Below are positions 29,843-39,278 of a stretch of DNA of 64,000 bases, in pieces (positions within the stretch are counted from its first letter, which is position 1; each line of letters starts with the position of its first letter). The notes beneath the pieces are model-generated. The model was not told the DNA's origin. It worked only from the letters and a program-made list of their open reading frames with translations, and did no database searches. A program made the translations under genes and the position numbers. Source of the DNA: Armatimonadota bacterium. GTDB taxonomy: Bacteria; Armatimonadota; Zipacnadia; Zipacnadales; UBA5352. Location: assembly GCA_034722055.1 (NCBI GenBank), contig JAYENL010000038.1, positions 23,677 through 87,676 of the forward strand, in the 5' to 3' direction.

Positions 29843-30642
29843 CAGGCTCGCACCATCCCCCACCGCTGCACTGTGGCCTCCTCGAGCCGCGCGAAGCCCA
29901 GATACTCGATGACCAGTCCCACCAGGCAGATCAGGATGATGCAGACGAAGGCCGAAGCGTAGTCCAGAGTCCACCGCGACTGGATGATGCTGTAGCCCAG
30001 CCCCGAGCCGGTGCCTACGACCATCTCAGCGGCGACGACCACGCGCCAACTGTTGCCCAGCCCGACGCGCAGGCCGCTCATCAGGTGCGGGATGGAGCCG
30101 GGCAGAAGCACGTGGAAGAAGGTCTCCCGGGGGCCGGCCCCGGCCATGCGCGCCACCCGCAGATGCTGCTCGGAGGCGCTCTTGAGGCCTGCAACCATGT
30201 TGACCGCCACCGGGGCGAGCGCCGTCATGACAATCATGAAGACCGTGGCCTCGTTCCCGATGCCGAGCAGCAGGATCGCGACGGGAATCCAGGCAAGGCC
30301 AGGGATGAGCTGCAGCACGTAGACCAGCGGCATCAGCAGCCGCTCGGCCACCCGCGACCAGCCCACCAGCGCGGCCACGGTGATGCCGGCGGAGGCGCCG
30401 ATGCAAAAGCCGATGATCCAGCGGGCGAGGCTGGCCCCGGCGTGGGCGTAGATCGTATAGTCCAGCAGCCGCTCGCCGCCGAGAAGGTCGAACAGGCGGA
30501 TGGCAGTCTCGATGGGCCCCGGGAAGGGCGCCCGCGGTCTGACCGCCGCGGCGACCACGGCCCAGATGGTCAGGCCCAGCACCACCGGCGCAATGGCCCA
30601 CAGGGCCCTGCTGACTGCGCCGCGCGACCGGCGCTGGGTCAT
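29842..30642 (-). CDS. SsuC/TauC-type ABC permease
   Basis: SLARWIIG, IPGLAWIP, EAA-like loop RVARMAGA, SWRVVVAAEM...GLGY. Confidence 0.9.
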   Translation of the reverse strand: MTQRRSRGAVSRALWAIAPVVLGLTIWAVVAAAVRPRAPFPGPIETAIRLFDLLGGERLLDYTIYAHAGASLARWIIGFCIGASAGITVAALVGWSRVAERLLMPLVYVLQLIPGLAWIPVAILLLGIGNEATVFMIVMTALAPVAVNMVAGLKSASEQHLRVARMAGAGPRETFFHVLLPGSIPHLMSGLRVGLGNSWRVVVAAEMVVGTGSGLGYSIIQSRWTLDYASAFVCIILICLVGLVIEYLGFARLEEATVQRWGMVRA

Positions 30643-31244
30643 GCCGACTCCAGGTGCTCCTGCAGCATCTCACGGAGCGCACCGGGGGAGGGAACGCGGC
30701 CGCTGATCAGCACCGTGTCATCCAGCACCAGCGCTGGTGTGAGGACCGGCCCATAGGTGGCGATCTCCGCGGGCTCCTTGATGTGCTCCACCGTCGCGTC
30801 CGCCACACCCAGCTCGTCGAGGGCCTCCGTGGTGAGCTCATAGAGCCGATTGCACTTGGGGCAGCCGGTCCCCAGGATGTACAGGCGATGACCCCCGCCC
30901 TCAGGGGCGGCGCGCTCGGCGAACGCTCCCGGCACGCGCTCGCAGAAGGATGCGACCACCTGCGCGGTGGAATCCAGGCGCTCGACCTCGGCCTGCAGGT
31001 CACTCAGCCAGCGCTCGATGACGGCCAGCCGCTCCTCAATGCCGGGCGTGGCCTCCTCAGATAGCGCCTCCGCTTGCTCCTCCCCGGTGGGTGTCAGCAA
31101 GCGGTCTATCTCGCTGCGGGGGATGCGGTGCTGGCCCCCGGGGAGCTTGGCGGACTTCAGCTTCCCGTCGTAGATATAGCGCTTGATGGTGGGGACGCTG
31201 AGCTGAAGCGCCTCCGCCGCCTCCGTCACCGTGAGGTAATCTAT
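30639..31244 (-). CDS. Excisionase-type (HTH_17) DNA-binding domain fused to MTH895-type small thioredoxin
   Basis: (I)DYLTVTEAAEALQLSVPTIKRYIYDGKLKSAKLPGGQHRI plus ILGTGCPKC...TPALVLD...GRVPS. Start placed at ATA 31244, 7 nt after GAGGTG; GTG 31229 is the alternative. Confidence 0.8.
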   Translation of the reverse strand: MDYLTVTEAAEALQLSVPTIKRYIYDGKLKSAKLPGGQHRIPRSEIDRLLTPTGEEQAEALSEEATPGIEERLAVIERWLSDLQAEVERLDSTAQVVASFCERVPGAFAERAAPEGGGHRLYILGTGCPKCNRLYELTTEALDELGVADATVEHIKEPAEIATYGPVLTPALVLDDTVLISGRVPSPGALREMLQEHLESA

Positions 31245-31260
31245 CGCGATTCACCTCATT

Positions 31261-31318
31261 GAGTATCATCGGATAGGTAAGCGAATATACTTATATCATA
31301 TCGTATCATAAAGGTCAA
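31261..31318 (-). promoter_or_regulatory. Sigma70-type promoter with overlapping TGATA direct repeats
   Basis: TTGACC (31318-31313), 17 bp, TGa-TATAAG (hexamer 31295-31290). Minus-strand repeats tatgatacga / tatgatataa / gatgatactc in a conspicuously AT-rich patch. Confidence 0.7.
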
Positions 31319-31413
31319 GAACCGCGTCGGGTTTGAATCCCAGATGTCGGTAGGATGCGCGGGCCAGGGCGCCCAGAGGCGCCAAGCGCCTTCGCCCGCC
31401 CATCGCATCCTCC

Positions 31414-31544
31414 GAACCCGGCGCCCTCGCGCGCCTATTCCATCCTGGGAACCCGGCGCCCTCGCCGGCTTGTGGCGCGCAGCGCCACTCCACCCGTGGC
31501 CCACCTGAGGCCAACGACGCCCGGGCGAGGGCGCCCGCGCCCCA
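31414..31544. repeat. REP-like GC-rich palindromes
   Basis: AACCCGGCGCCCTCGC occurs twice (about 31415 and 31450). Inverted partner CCGGGCGAGGGCGCCCGCGCCCCA at 31521-31544 is related to 43759-43781. Confidence 0.55.
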
Positions 31545-31669
31545 ACCGGTAGTCTTGGGCCGCGCTCTGCGCGTCTTGCACCCCGCCCGGCAGGCCTGCC
31601 TCCGTCGGCGGCGAATAGCCCCGCAGGTCCGCGGCGCGAGGACGACACCCGCCTGGGAGGGCGACCACG

Positions 31670-33619
31670 ATGACTGACGAGGCCTTGGCCGTCGAGCACA
31701 TCGAGCTGCCCATCGAGCAGTTGCCAGCCGGCGAGATCGCGCCGCCGATGGAGCCGGATCATCCGTCATGGGCGGTCCTGGAGGGCTGGGATGACCCGCT
31801 CGCGCCACGAGCCGGCTACCGCCTGCCCTCCGGGAAGCGCCGTGTGGAGCGCGGAGGCCGGGCGGCGCTTGAGTTCGAGAGCGGCGGCGCGATTGAGCGG
31901 GCGCTGGTGACGGGCGAGGAGACCTGGCGGGAGCTGGCCATCGAGTGCGAGATGCAGGGCCTTCAGGAGGAGGCCGGCCCCACGAACGATGACTGGATGG
32001 TGGAGCGCGCCCGGGCGGGCCTGGTCTTTCGCGCCGGTACCTCGCGGCGGCACTACTTCCTGTGCCTGGAGGGCCTGCAGCAACTGGTGCTCTACCGCCG
32101 CATCGACCAGGAGTGGCTGGAGCTGGCCTCCGCCGCTGTGGACTACGACGGGCAGGTCATCACCCTACGCGTGGAGCTCGACGCCGACGGCATCCGGGCG
32201 TCCTGTGCAGAGCTTGGGGTGGAGATGTTCGCCACGGACACCACTATCCAATCGGGGCGGGCCGGCTTCCGCTCTCTGGGGGGCTCCCGGCTGCTGTCGC
32301 TCTCCGTGGAGCTGACGCCCTCGCAGCAGCGGACGAACCGCCGGGTGGCGGAGGGGCGCCGGCGGGCGGTCGCGGCCGAGCATGAGGCCCTACCCCCCGC
32401 AGAGCAGGTCGATGAGTTGTGCCTCCCTGCCGGCCACCGACTCCTGGAGGCTATCGACCTGCGAGGCGGCGAGGACAACGACCTGCTGCTGCGCGGCCCG
32501 GACGGGCTGGTGGCGAGGGACTGGGAGGGCACTGAGCTCTGGCGCTTCGCCGATGATGTGTCGCAGGTGAAGGTGGCATCGGAGCCCACCGGCGGATCGC
32601 GACGTATCTATGCGCTGGTCGGCCGCCAGCGCGCGCACGAGCAGGTGAGCGTGCGCGGGGACGCCAACGTGTGGACAGTGGCCTCGCAGATCGTGGTGCT
32701 GGATGGCGCGACGGGCGGGGAGCTGGCCCGCCGGGACCTGCCCGAGGATCCCCACCTGAATGTGCTGCGCCAGTATGACCTCTCCAACGAGACCGGCCGC
32801 CTGGCCGGGGATGAGCCCGTGGACATCATCGTGCGCCACTGGCGGCAGGATTTGGGGCACGGCGGCCGCGACCTGTGGGCCTTCGATGGGCAGCTTGATC
32901 TGCTGTGGCACGCGGAGGTCGATCCGCCCTACGGCCACCACAACGCGGTTCACCTCGTGGACCTGACTGGCGACGGCCGGTCGGAGGTTGTCACGGGCGG
33001 GACCACGCTGTCGGCCGACGGGGAGGTCATCGCCGTTCACGACCTGGCGCACGAGATGAGCGCCATCCGGGGCGCCGGACACTATGACGCGGTGGCCGCG
33101 GGCCACTTCGAGTGCGACCCGGACCGCGATCCGGTGGCCTTCCTGATCGCGGGCAGCGCCGGGGTCTACGTCACGGACCCGCTGAGTGGCAGGACGCGGG
33201 CTGTGCATCGCATCGGCCACGCCCAGGGCGTGCAGGAGTGCCGTGTGCGCGAGGACATTCCCGGCCGACAGGCCCTCGCTCACACCCGCTGGGGGAACAT
33301 GGGGATCACCACGCTGCTGTCCGGCCTTGGCGACAGGCTCTGGACCATCCAGCCGCACTTCATCCCCGGCACCAGGCCGGTGCAGTGGCTCCCCGAGGGG
33401 CCGCAGCACCTGTGGGTCTGCCCCACGCGCCAGACCCTCGCGCTCTACGACGGCCGCGGCAGGCGCATTCGGGAGCTGGAGGCGCTGCAGCGCGCCTGGG
33501 GCGATCGCCCGGCCACCCAAGTCCGCGGCACTGTGCTCAGGCGCTCGCCTGAGGGTCGGGACCTGCTGGCGCTGACCATCGACGAGCGCATCCTGCTCTT
33601 CGGGCCGACATCGGCCTGA
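31670..33619 (+). CDS. Cytoplasmic protein: DUF1080-like beta-sandwich + PL11 (rhamnogalacturonan lyase)-like propeller
   Basis: GGGAGG RBS; no signal peptide. AGLVFR, SGRAGF; GHHNAVHLVDLTGDGRSEV, GHYDAV. Confidence 0.5.
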   Translation: MTDEALAVEHIELPIEQLPAGEIAPPMEPDHPSWAVLEGWDDPLAPRAGYRLPSGKRRVERGGRAALEFESGGAIERALVTGEETWRELAIECEMQGLQEEAGPTNDDWMVERARAGLVFRAGTSRRHYFLCLEGLQQLVLYRRIDQEWLELASAAVDYDGQVITLRVELDADGIRASCAELGVEMFATDTTIQSGRAGFRSLGGSRLLSLSVELTPSQQRTNRRVAEGRRRAVAAEHEALPPAEQVDELCLPAGHRLLEAIDLRGGEDNDLLLRGPDGLVARDWEGTELWRFADDVSQVKVASEPTGGSRRIYALVGRQRAHEQVSVRGDANVWTVASQIVVLDGATGGELARRDLPEDPHLNVLRQYDLSNETGRLAGDEPVDIIVRHWRQDLGHGGRDLWAFDGQLDLLWHAEVDPPYGHHNAVHLVDLTGDGRSEVVTGGTTLSADGEVIAVHDLAHEMSAIRGAGHYDAVAAGHFECDPDRDPVAFLIAGSAGVYVTDPLSGRTRAVHRIGHAQGVQECRVREDIPGRQALAHTRWGNMGITTLLSGLGDRLWTIQPHFIPGTRPVQWLPEGPQHLWVCPTRQTLALYDGRGRRIRELEALQRAWGDRPATQVRGTVLRRSPEGRDLLALTIDERILLFGPTSA

Positions 33620-33641
33620 CAGCGGACGAGGAGGCACTGCC

Positions 33642-34622
33642 ATGACTGACGACGCGGCGGAGATCAGACCGGACCGCTACCACTGCACCTTCGGACCTCA
33701 CGATCCAATCGCCAGGATCGAGCAGGGCCGGGAGGCCGTGGTGTGGTGTGTCGATGCCCGGGGCCTGGACGAGAACGGTGAGGCCATCGGCGTCGAGGAC
33801 CTTGCGGGACCGCCCGGCGCCCGCCGGCAGATCAGCAACCCGGTGACGGGCCCCATCCACGTCGAGGGTGCCGAGCCGGGCGACGCCTTAGCCGTGCATC
33901 TGCTTGAGGTGGCGCCGACCCGCCCGTGGGCGTGGTCGGCGGCCCACAGCGACTTCGGCCTCTTCAGCACCGAGGACATCTACGGACCCACCACCTTCGC
34001 CCCGCCTCAGTGGCCTGACCGGGAGAGCTGCGAGTTCCGCTGGGACCTGGATCTCGAGCGTGGCACCGGGCGGCTGGAGCTGCAGCACAGTCGCCTCCGC
34101 GAGGTGGAGCTGCCTCTCTCGCCGTTCCTGGGCTGCCTGGGGGTGGCGCCGGAGCGTGGCGAGTGCAGAATGACCATGACCCCGAGCCGCCACGGCGGGA
34201 ACATGGACTGCCCCCAGGTCCGCGCCGGGACCACCGTCTACTTCCCGGTCTTCGAGGAGGGCGGTCTGCTGCTGATGGGCGACTGCCACGCGGCGCAGGG
34301 CGATGGCGAGCTATGCGGGGTGGGGCTGGAGGTGAGCTGCCGCGTGCGGCTGAGGGTGGAGGTCCTGGACGGCTGGACGATCCGCTGGCCCCGCGCGGAG
34401 GATGACACGCACATCATGACTATCGGCAGCGTCCGGCCCCTGCGCGCGGCCCTGGCGGCGGCCCAGGTGGAGCTGCTTGACTGGCTGGTGACTGACTACG
34501 GCTTCGACGCCCTCGAGGCCTGGCAGGTGCTCTCGCAGGTCGGCACGACTCGGATCGGCAACGTCGTGGACCCCAACTACTCCGTCGTCGCCCGCTTCCC
34601 GAAGGCCTACCTGCCCGAGTGA
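33642..34622 (+). CDS. Acetamidase/formamidase family protein
   Basis: NPVTGPIHVEGAEPGDAL, HGGNMD, GDCHAAQGDGELCG.GLE. Confidence 0.9.
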   Translation: MTDDAAEIRPDRYHCTFGPHDPIARIEQGREAVVWCVDARGLDENGEAIGVEDLAGPPGARRQISNPVTGPIHVEGAEPGDALAVHLLEVAPTRPWAWSAAHSDFGLFSTEDIYGPTTFAPPQWPDRESCEFRWDLDLERGTGRLELQHSRLREVELPLSPFLGCLGVAPERGECRMTMTPSRHGGNMDCPQVRAGTTVYFPVFEEGGLLLMGDCHAAQGDGELCGVGLEVSCRVRLRVEVLDGWTIRWPRAEDDTHIMTIGSVRPLRAALAAAQVELLDWLVTDYGFDALEAWQVLSQVGTTRIGNVVDPNYSVVARFPKAYLPE

Positions 34623-34703
34623 GCGCGCGGGACGCAGGCTCATGGCGGGGAACGCCAGGCGGACGCGTGAGGTCGAGTGTGACCGATGGCCCCGGAGGCC
34701 GCC

Positions 34704-35804
34704 ATGACGAGTCAGCTTGAGGAGGAACTGCGACGCCGGATAGCCGGCACCATCGAGACCGCAATCAGAGATGACGTCACGCCGGGCGCGGTGGTCCTGG
34801 TCGGCCGCGGCGACGAGGTGCTGTGCCACGAGGCGCTCGGACATCGGATGGTGCAGCCGGAGCGGCGGCCGATGAAGCTCGATACCGTCTTCGACGTGGC
34901 GTCGCTGACCAAGCCGGTGGCCACGGCTGTCTCGGTGCTGCAGCTCATCGAGCGGGAGGAGCTGTCGCTGGACACTCCGGTGCGCGCGATCCTGCCCGGG
35001 TTTACCGGCGATGGTCGCGAGTCGGCCACCGTCCGGCACCTCCTCACCCATTCGGCCGGGCTGCCGGCCTACCGCAACTACCTCGACGAGCTCGGCGAGG
35101 ACATCCCGCCCGCGCAGCGGCGCAGGCGGGTGGTCGAGGACGTCTGCTCGCTTCCCCTCGAGCACGCGCCCGGCGAGGGCTTCCTGTACTCCTGCCTGAG
35201 CTACATCCTGCTGGCCTCAGTCGTGGAGGCGGTCGCCGAGACGCCGCTGGATGAGCTGGCGGCACAGAGCATCTTCCGGCCGCTGGGCATGGCGGACACC
35301 TGCTTCAACCCGCCGCCGGAGCTTGCGGCCCGCTGCGCCGCCACGGAGCAGCTTCCCGACGGCGTGCTGTGCGGCGTGGTGCATGACGAGGACGCCCGGT
35401 ACCTGGGCGGCGTGGGCGGCAACTCGGGGCTGTTCTCGACCGCCCGGGACCTGTCGCGCTTCGTGCGGGCGATCCTGGCCGGCGGAGAGCTCGACGGCGT
35501 GCGGATCCTCAGCGAAGGCAGCGTGCAACTGATGATCTCGCCGCAGCTTGAGGTGGGCGAGACCAGGCGGGGGCTGGGCTGGGACATCGCCAGCTCCTAC
35601 TCCCCGCAGGTCCGGGGCGGCTTCCCGCCGGGAGGCATCGGGCACAGCGGATACACAGGCACCTCGATCTGGGCCGACCCGCCAAGCGGGGTGTACGTGA
35701 TCCTGCTGACCAACCGCGTCCATCTGGGCCGCGATCGGGAGATCGGCCCGCTGCGGCGAGAGGTGGCGACGATCGCGGCGGAGGTGCTGCTCCCCGCGCA
35801 GTGA
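34704..35804 (+). CDS. Serine hydrolase, beta-lactamase class C / AmiE-like family
   Basis: SxxK (ASLTK), LLTHSAG, YSC, HSGYTG, LLTNR. ATG 34704 follows GGAGG; alternative start 34686. Confidence 0.88.
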   Translation: MTSQLEEELRRRIAGTIETAIRDDVTPGAVVLVGRGDEVLCHEALGHRMVQPERRPMKLDTVFDVASLTKPVATAVSVLQLIEREELSLDTPVRAILPGFTGDGRESATVRHLLTHSAGLPAYRNYLDELGEDIPPAQRRRRVVEDVCSLPLEHAPGEGFLYSCLSYILLASVVEAVAETPLDELAAQSIFRPLGMADTCFNPPPELAARCAATEQLPDGVLCGVVHDEDARYLGGVGGNSGLFSTARDLSRFVRAILAGGELDGVRILSEGSVQLMISPQLEVGETRRGLGWDIASSYSPQVRGGFPPGGIGHSGYTGTSIWADPPSGVYVILLTNRVHLGRDREIGPLRREVATIAAEVLLPAQ

Positions 35805-35852
35805 GCCCATGCGCGGCTGCGCGGGACTGTCGGCGACGAGAGGAGCCTGGTC

Positions 35853-37505
35853 ATGTGGTGGCGACCGATCCTGGTTGTTGTGATCCTGCTGCTGGAGGGT
35901 GTGGCGATGGCGTCGATCGATGATGGGCTGGTAGGACACTGGCCGCTTGCCGGGGACTGCCGCGACCACTCCGGCCACGGCAACGATGCCGTGAACCACG
36001 GGGTGAATCTGCGCGCCGAAGGCCCCCGAGGCGAGCAGGACGGGGCTGCGCTGTTCGACGGCCGGTCGAGCTGGCTGGAGGTGCCCGATGATCCCAGCCT
36101 GCGGGTCGGCAGCGGCGACTTCACGATCGCGGCATGGCTGCGCACCGATGAGCTGCTGGACGATGTCATCGGCGACATCTGCTCCAGCTACGATCCCGCA
36201 AGCCGCCGGGGATTCAACCTGACTGTGGTCAACCATGCCGGGATGACCTCCAGCCAGAGCAACTACCGGACGCTGCAGTTCGGCATCGACGACGGGCGCA
36301 TGACCGGCTGGCAGGACTCCGGCCGGCCGGGCGAGGCGGTGTTCATCGCTTCCATGGCGGTGCACGGTGGGGACCTCTACGTCGGCACCTGTGAGCCAGA
36401 CGAGGGCCAGGCGGGCCGCGTCTACCGCTACCTCGGCGAGGACGAGTGGGAGGACTGCGGCAGCCCGGACGGCAGCAACTCCGTGATGGCGATGGCGGTG
36501 CACGAGGGCGACCTCTACGTGGGCTCAGCGGCCTACAACACGAGGGGCTCGCTTCTGCCGGCGGCGGAGAACACGGCGCCCGGCGGGCATGTCTACCGCC
36601 TCGCGGAGGATGGGAGCTGGACCGACTGCGGGCAGATCCCCCAGGCGCGGGCGACCTACTGCCTCACCGTCTACCGGGGCGATCTCTACGGCATCGCCAT
36701 GTACGTGCCGGGCGTCTACCGCCACGATGGAGGCACGGACTGGGCCTACTGTGGCACGCCCGGCGACCAGCGCTCCATGGCCCTGGCGGTGCACAATGGC
36801 TCCCTGTGGGCCAGCGGCAACGGCGGCGCAGGCGTGCACGGCTATCTCGGCGGCGAGGACTGGGAGTTCTGTGGCAGGCAGGAGGACAACACCCAGACCT
36901 ACTCCTTCGCCATTCACGAGGGCGACATGTACGTGGGGACGTGGCCGGACGGCTCGGTGCATCGCTACGAGGGAGGCACCCGGTGGACGAACGTCGGCCG
37001 CCTGGGCCGGGAGAAGGAGGTCATGGCCATGGCGGTCTACAACGGGCGGATGTACGCCGGAACGCTGCCGCTGGGCCAGGTCCATCGCTTCGACGGGCCC
37101 CACACCTGGACCCTCACCGGACAGCTCGATACCACGCCGGACGTTCCCTACCGCCGGGTCTGGACCATGGCGATCCACGACGGCTGGCTGTACGCCGGCA
37201 CGCTGCCCTCGGGCCGCGTCTACCGGATGCAGGCCGGCACCGTCACCACCTACGACCGACCGCTGCCTCCGGGGTGGTGCCACATTGCCGCCGTGCGCGA
37301 GGGCGAGGCCCTGAAGCTATTCGTAAATGGCGCACTTGTGGGCCGCTCGGCCGCCCGGCATCCCGCCGACTACGACATCGACAGCGGGACGCCTCTGCGC
37401 ATCGGCTTCGGCCAGCACGACTACCTCAACGGATCACTGACCGATGTCCGCGTCTACCGTCGGGCGCTGACCGCTGGGGAGGTCGCCGCCCTGGCGGAGC
37501 AGTGA
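35853..37505 (+). CDS. Secreted LamG-like jellyroll protein interrupted by a beta-propeller
   Basis: GLVGHWPL...DFTIAAW at the N-terminus, WCHIAAV...LFVNG...DVRVYRRALT at the C-terminus, with repeated MAVHxGxLYVG blades between. Confidence 0.7.
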   Translation: MWWRPILVVVILLLEGVAMASIDDGLVGHWPLAGDCRDHSGHGNDAVNHGVNLRAEGPRGEQDGAALFDGRSSWLEVPDDPSLRVGSGDFTIAAWLRTDELLDDVIGDICSSYDPASRRGFNLTVVNHAGMTSSQSNYRTLQFGIDDGRMTGWQDSGRPGEAVFIASMAVHGGDLYVGTCEPDEGQAGRVYRYLGEDEWEDCGSPDGSNSVMAMAVHEGDLYVGSAAYNTRGSLLPAAENTAPGGHVYRLAEDGSWTDCGQIPQARATYCLTVYRGDLYGIAMYVPGVYRHDGGTDWAYCGTPGDQRSMALAVHNGSLWASGNGGAGVHGYLGGEDWEFCGRQEDNTQTYSFAIHEGDMYVGTWPDGSVHRYEGGTRWTNVGRLGREKEVMAMAVYNGRMYAGTLPLGQVHRFDGPHTWTLTGQLDTTPDVPYRRVWTMAIHDGWLYAGTLPSGRVYRMQAGTVTTYDRPLPPGWCHIAAVREGEALKLFVNGALVGRSAARHPADYDIDSGTPLRIGFGQHDYLNGSLTDVRVYRRALTAGEVAALAEQ

Positions 37506-37594
37506 CGGATACGGGCGTGCGCCGGAGGACGAGGGGCGCCACGAATGTGCCTGCCCAGCGCTTGGGTGTTCGGACGGTCCCTCTGCGGGAGATC

Positions 37595-39145
37595 TCACTG
37601 CTGCCGCCGGATGGGGACAGGCTCGGCGTCCGCGATCTGGAAGGCGTAGAGCTTCGCCATGTCCAGCCGGAAGCGCAGGCGTACCGCCTGCCCGGCGTGC
37701 TGCGACAGGTCGGCGCCCTCACGCCACATAGGCGTGAGGGCCACATCGTCGGCGTGAACCGGCTCTGAGGTGGCGAGCACCTCGCCATCCAGGTCGAGAA
37801 GCTCCACGGTGACCGAGCTGCCGGCCTCGTTGGGCGGGTTCGGCGGTGCCAGACCGGCATTCGCGTTGATCTCCAGCCGGGTGCCCCGAAGCACGAAGGG
37901 CTTCGTCGTTACGGTTCCGGGCCTCCCGGCGGCGTCGAGAGAGACGAAGCCATCGAGCCGCTGCACGTAGCGGTGGATGCCGCCCTCGATTCTCCGGCCG
38001 TACCACCGGCCGATGTGCGGGGTCTCGTGCTCGACGCCGTACATCCACAGCTCGTCTCCGGCGCGGATCATGCCGGAGCCCATGTAGGCGGAGTAGCCGA
38101 TCTGATCGCCCAGGCGCCTGGCGTCGGGGTCGATGGGCACGTACGCCTGGCGGAACCGGCGGTCGAGGTGAATGCCGTCGCGGCTGGTGGCGAAGGTGAT
38201 CTCGCACAGCCCGTTATCGTAGTGATGCACTGACGGGAAGAACAGGTAGACGCCCGGCGCGAAGGGATAGATGGTGGCGGCGGAGTTGTAGAGCCCGCAT
38301 CCCCACTCGCCACCGGGATCGTTGGCGTCGGGAGCGGCGATCTCCACCGCCCGCGGGAACTCGCGGAACACCTCGGACTCGCTGCGGCCGATCCGCCGCG
38401 AGGCCTGCCCGATGGGGTTGCCATCCGCGTCTTTGCGATAGACGTTGACGCGGGTGTAGGCGACGTACTTCTCGATGTAGGGGTCCCAGAAGCACACGTT
38501 CTGGGTGTCGGTGCCACCAGACGGGAACAGCAGGCCGTGCGGGGTGTCGATGGACCTCCAGTGGATGCCGTCGGCGGAGACCGCCCCGCTGATGCTGGTG
38601 TGCTGCGGGCAGCCCTCGTAGGGGTAGATGCGATAGAAGTCGCCGAAGATCATCTTGTACCTCTCATCCGGCGACGCCGCGTGCGGGTCAATGAACACGG
38701 AGCCCCCGTGCACGTACCCGCCGCACTTGCCCACCATGATGAGGTTGTTATCCGCGGATCCCTGGAACTCGAACTGCCCCAGGCTCGGCTTGTCCCAGTG
38801 GATCCCGTCCCCGGACTCCGCGTACCCCGTTCTGTCCATCCAGTGGCCCTTGATGTCGGGGTGCCAGTACCAGCTTCCGTAGTACATCCTGAACCGCTCG
38901 CCATCGCGCAGGACCGTTACGTAGCCCAGCCCCGTCGGCTCCCACGGCGCATCGGCCCGCAGCACCTCGCCGGCCCTGCGCGCGGGGTTGAGGGTGAACT
39001 GAACGCCCTGCATCGCCTCGACGATGTCCTCGTCGATGAAGAGCTGCTTGTTGCCGCCGATCTCCCGCACGTCGTCGGCCCATGCGCTGCCGCTGGCTGA
39101 AATCGCCGCCGCGAGCGTCACGATCACACCGGTCCTGGGCTTCAT
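37595..39145 (-). CDS. Secreted five-bladed propeller glycosidase-like protein (GH32/43/130-like fold)
   Basis: ATG 39145 after GGGAGG; signal peptide ending SAWA/D. KQLFID, YAESGDGIHW, SADGIHW, TSRDGIH, RLDGFVSL. Confidence 0.6.
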   Translation of the reverse strand: MKPRTGVIVTLAAAISASGSAWADDVREIGGNKQLFIDEDIVEAMQGVQFTLNPARRAGEVLRADAPWEPTGLGYVTVLRDGERFRMYYGSWYWHPDIKGHWMDRTGYAESGDGIHWDKPSLGQFEFQGSADNNLIMVGKCGGYVHGGSVFIDPHAASPDERYKMIFGDFYRIYPYEGCPQHTSISGAVSADGIHWRSIDTPHGLLFPSGGTDTQNVCFWDPYIEKYVAYTRVNVYRKDADGNPIGQASRRIGRSESEVFREFPRAVEIAAPDANDPGGEWGCGLYNSAATIYPFAPGVYLFFPSVHHYDNGLCEITFATSRDGIHLDRRFRQAYVPIDPDARRLGDQIGYSAYMGSGMIRAGDELWMYGVEHETPHIGRWYGRRIEGGIHRYVQRLDGFVSLDAAGRPGTVTTKPFVLRGTRLEINANAGLAPPNPPNEAGSSVTVELLDLDGEVLATSEPVHADDVALTPMWREGADLSQHAGQAVRLRFRLDMAKLYAFQIADAEPVPIRRQQ

Positions 39146-39278
39146 CGCCAACGCCTCCCTGCGTGCCATCTGGACCACGTCCGGGGTCTGCGGCGAACGC
39201 CGTTGGAGTAGCATCGGCTCAAAGGCACGCACGTCTTGTCCAAGCCATAGGTGGCCAGTCGCACGGCTCTGGCACGGC

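Noticed and set aside
30639..31244. Excisionase as a sign of a prophage or ICE
   Set aside because: No integrase, att site, tRNA or phage genes; the HTH is fused to thioredoxin and heads a transport operon.
34704..35804. Antibiotic-resistance beta-lactamase
   Set aside because: No signal peptide, and YSC/HSG motifs typical of the broad esterase/amidase branch; resistance cannot be supported.
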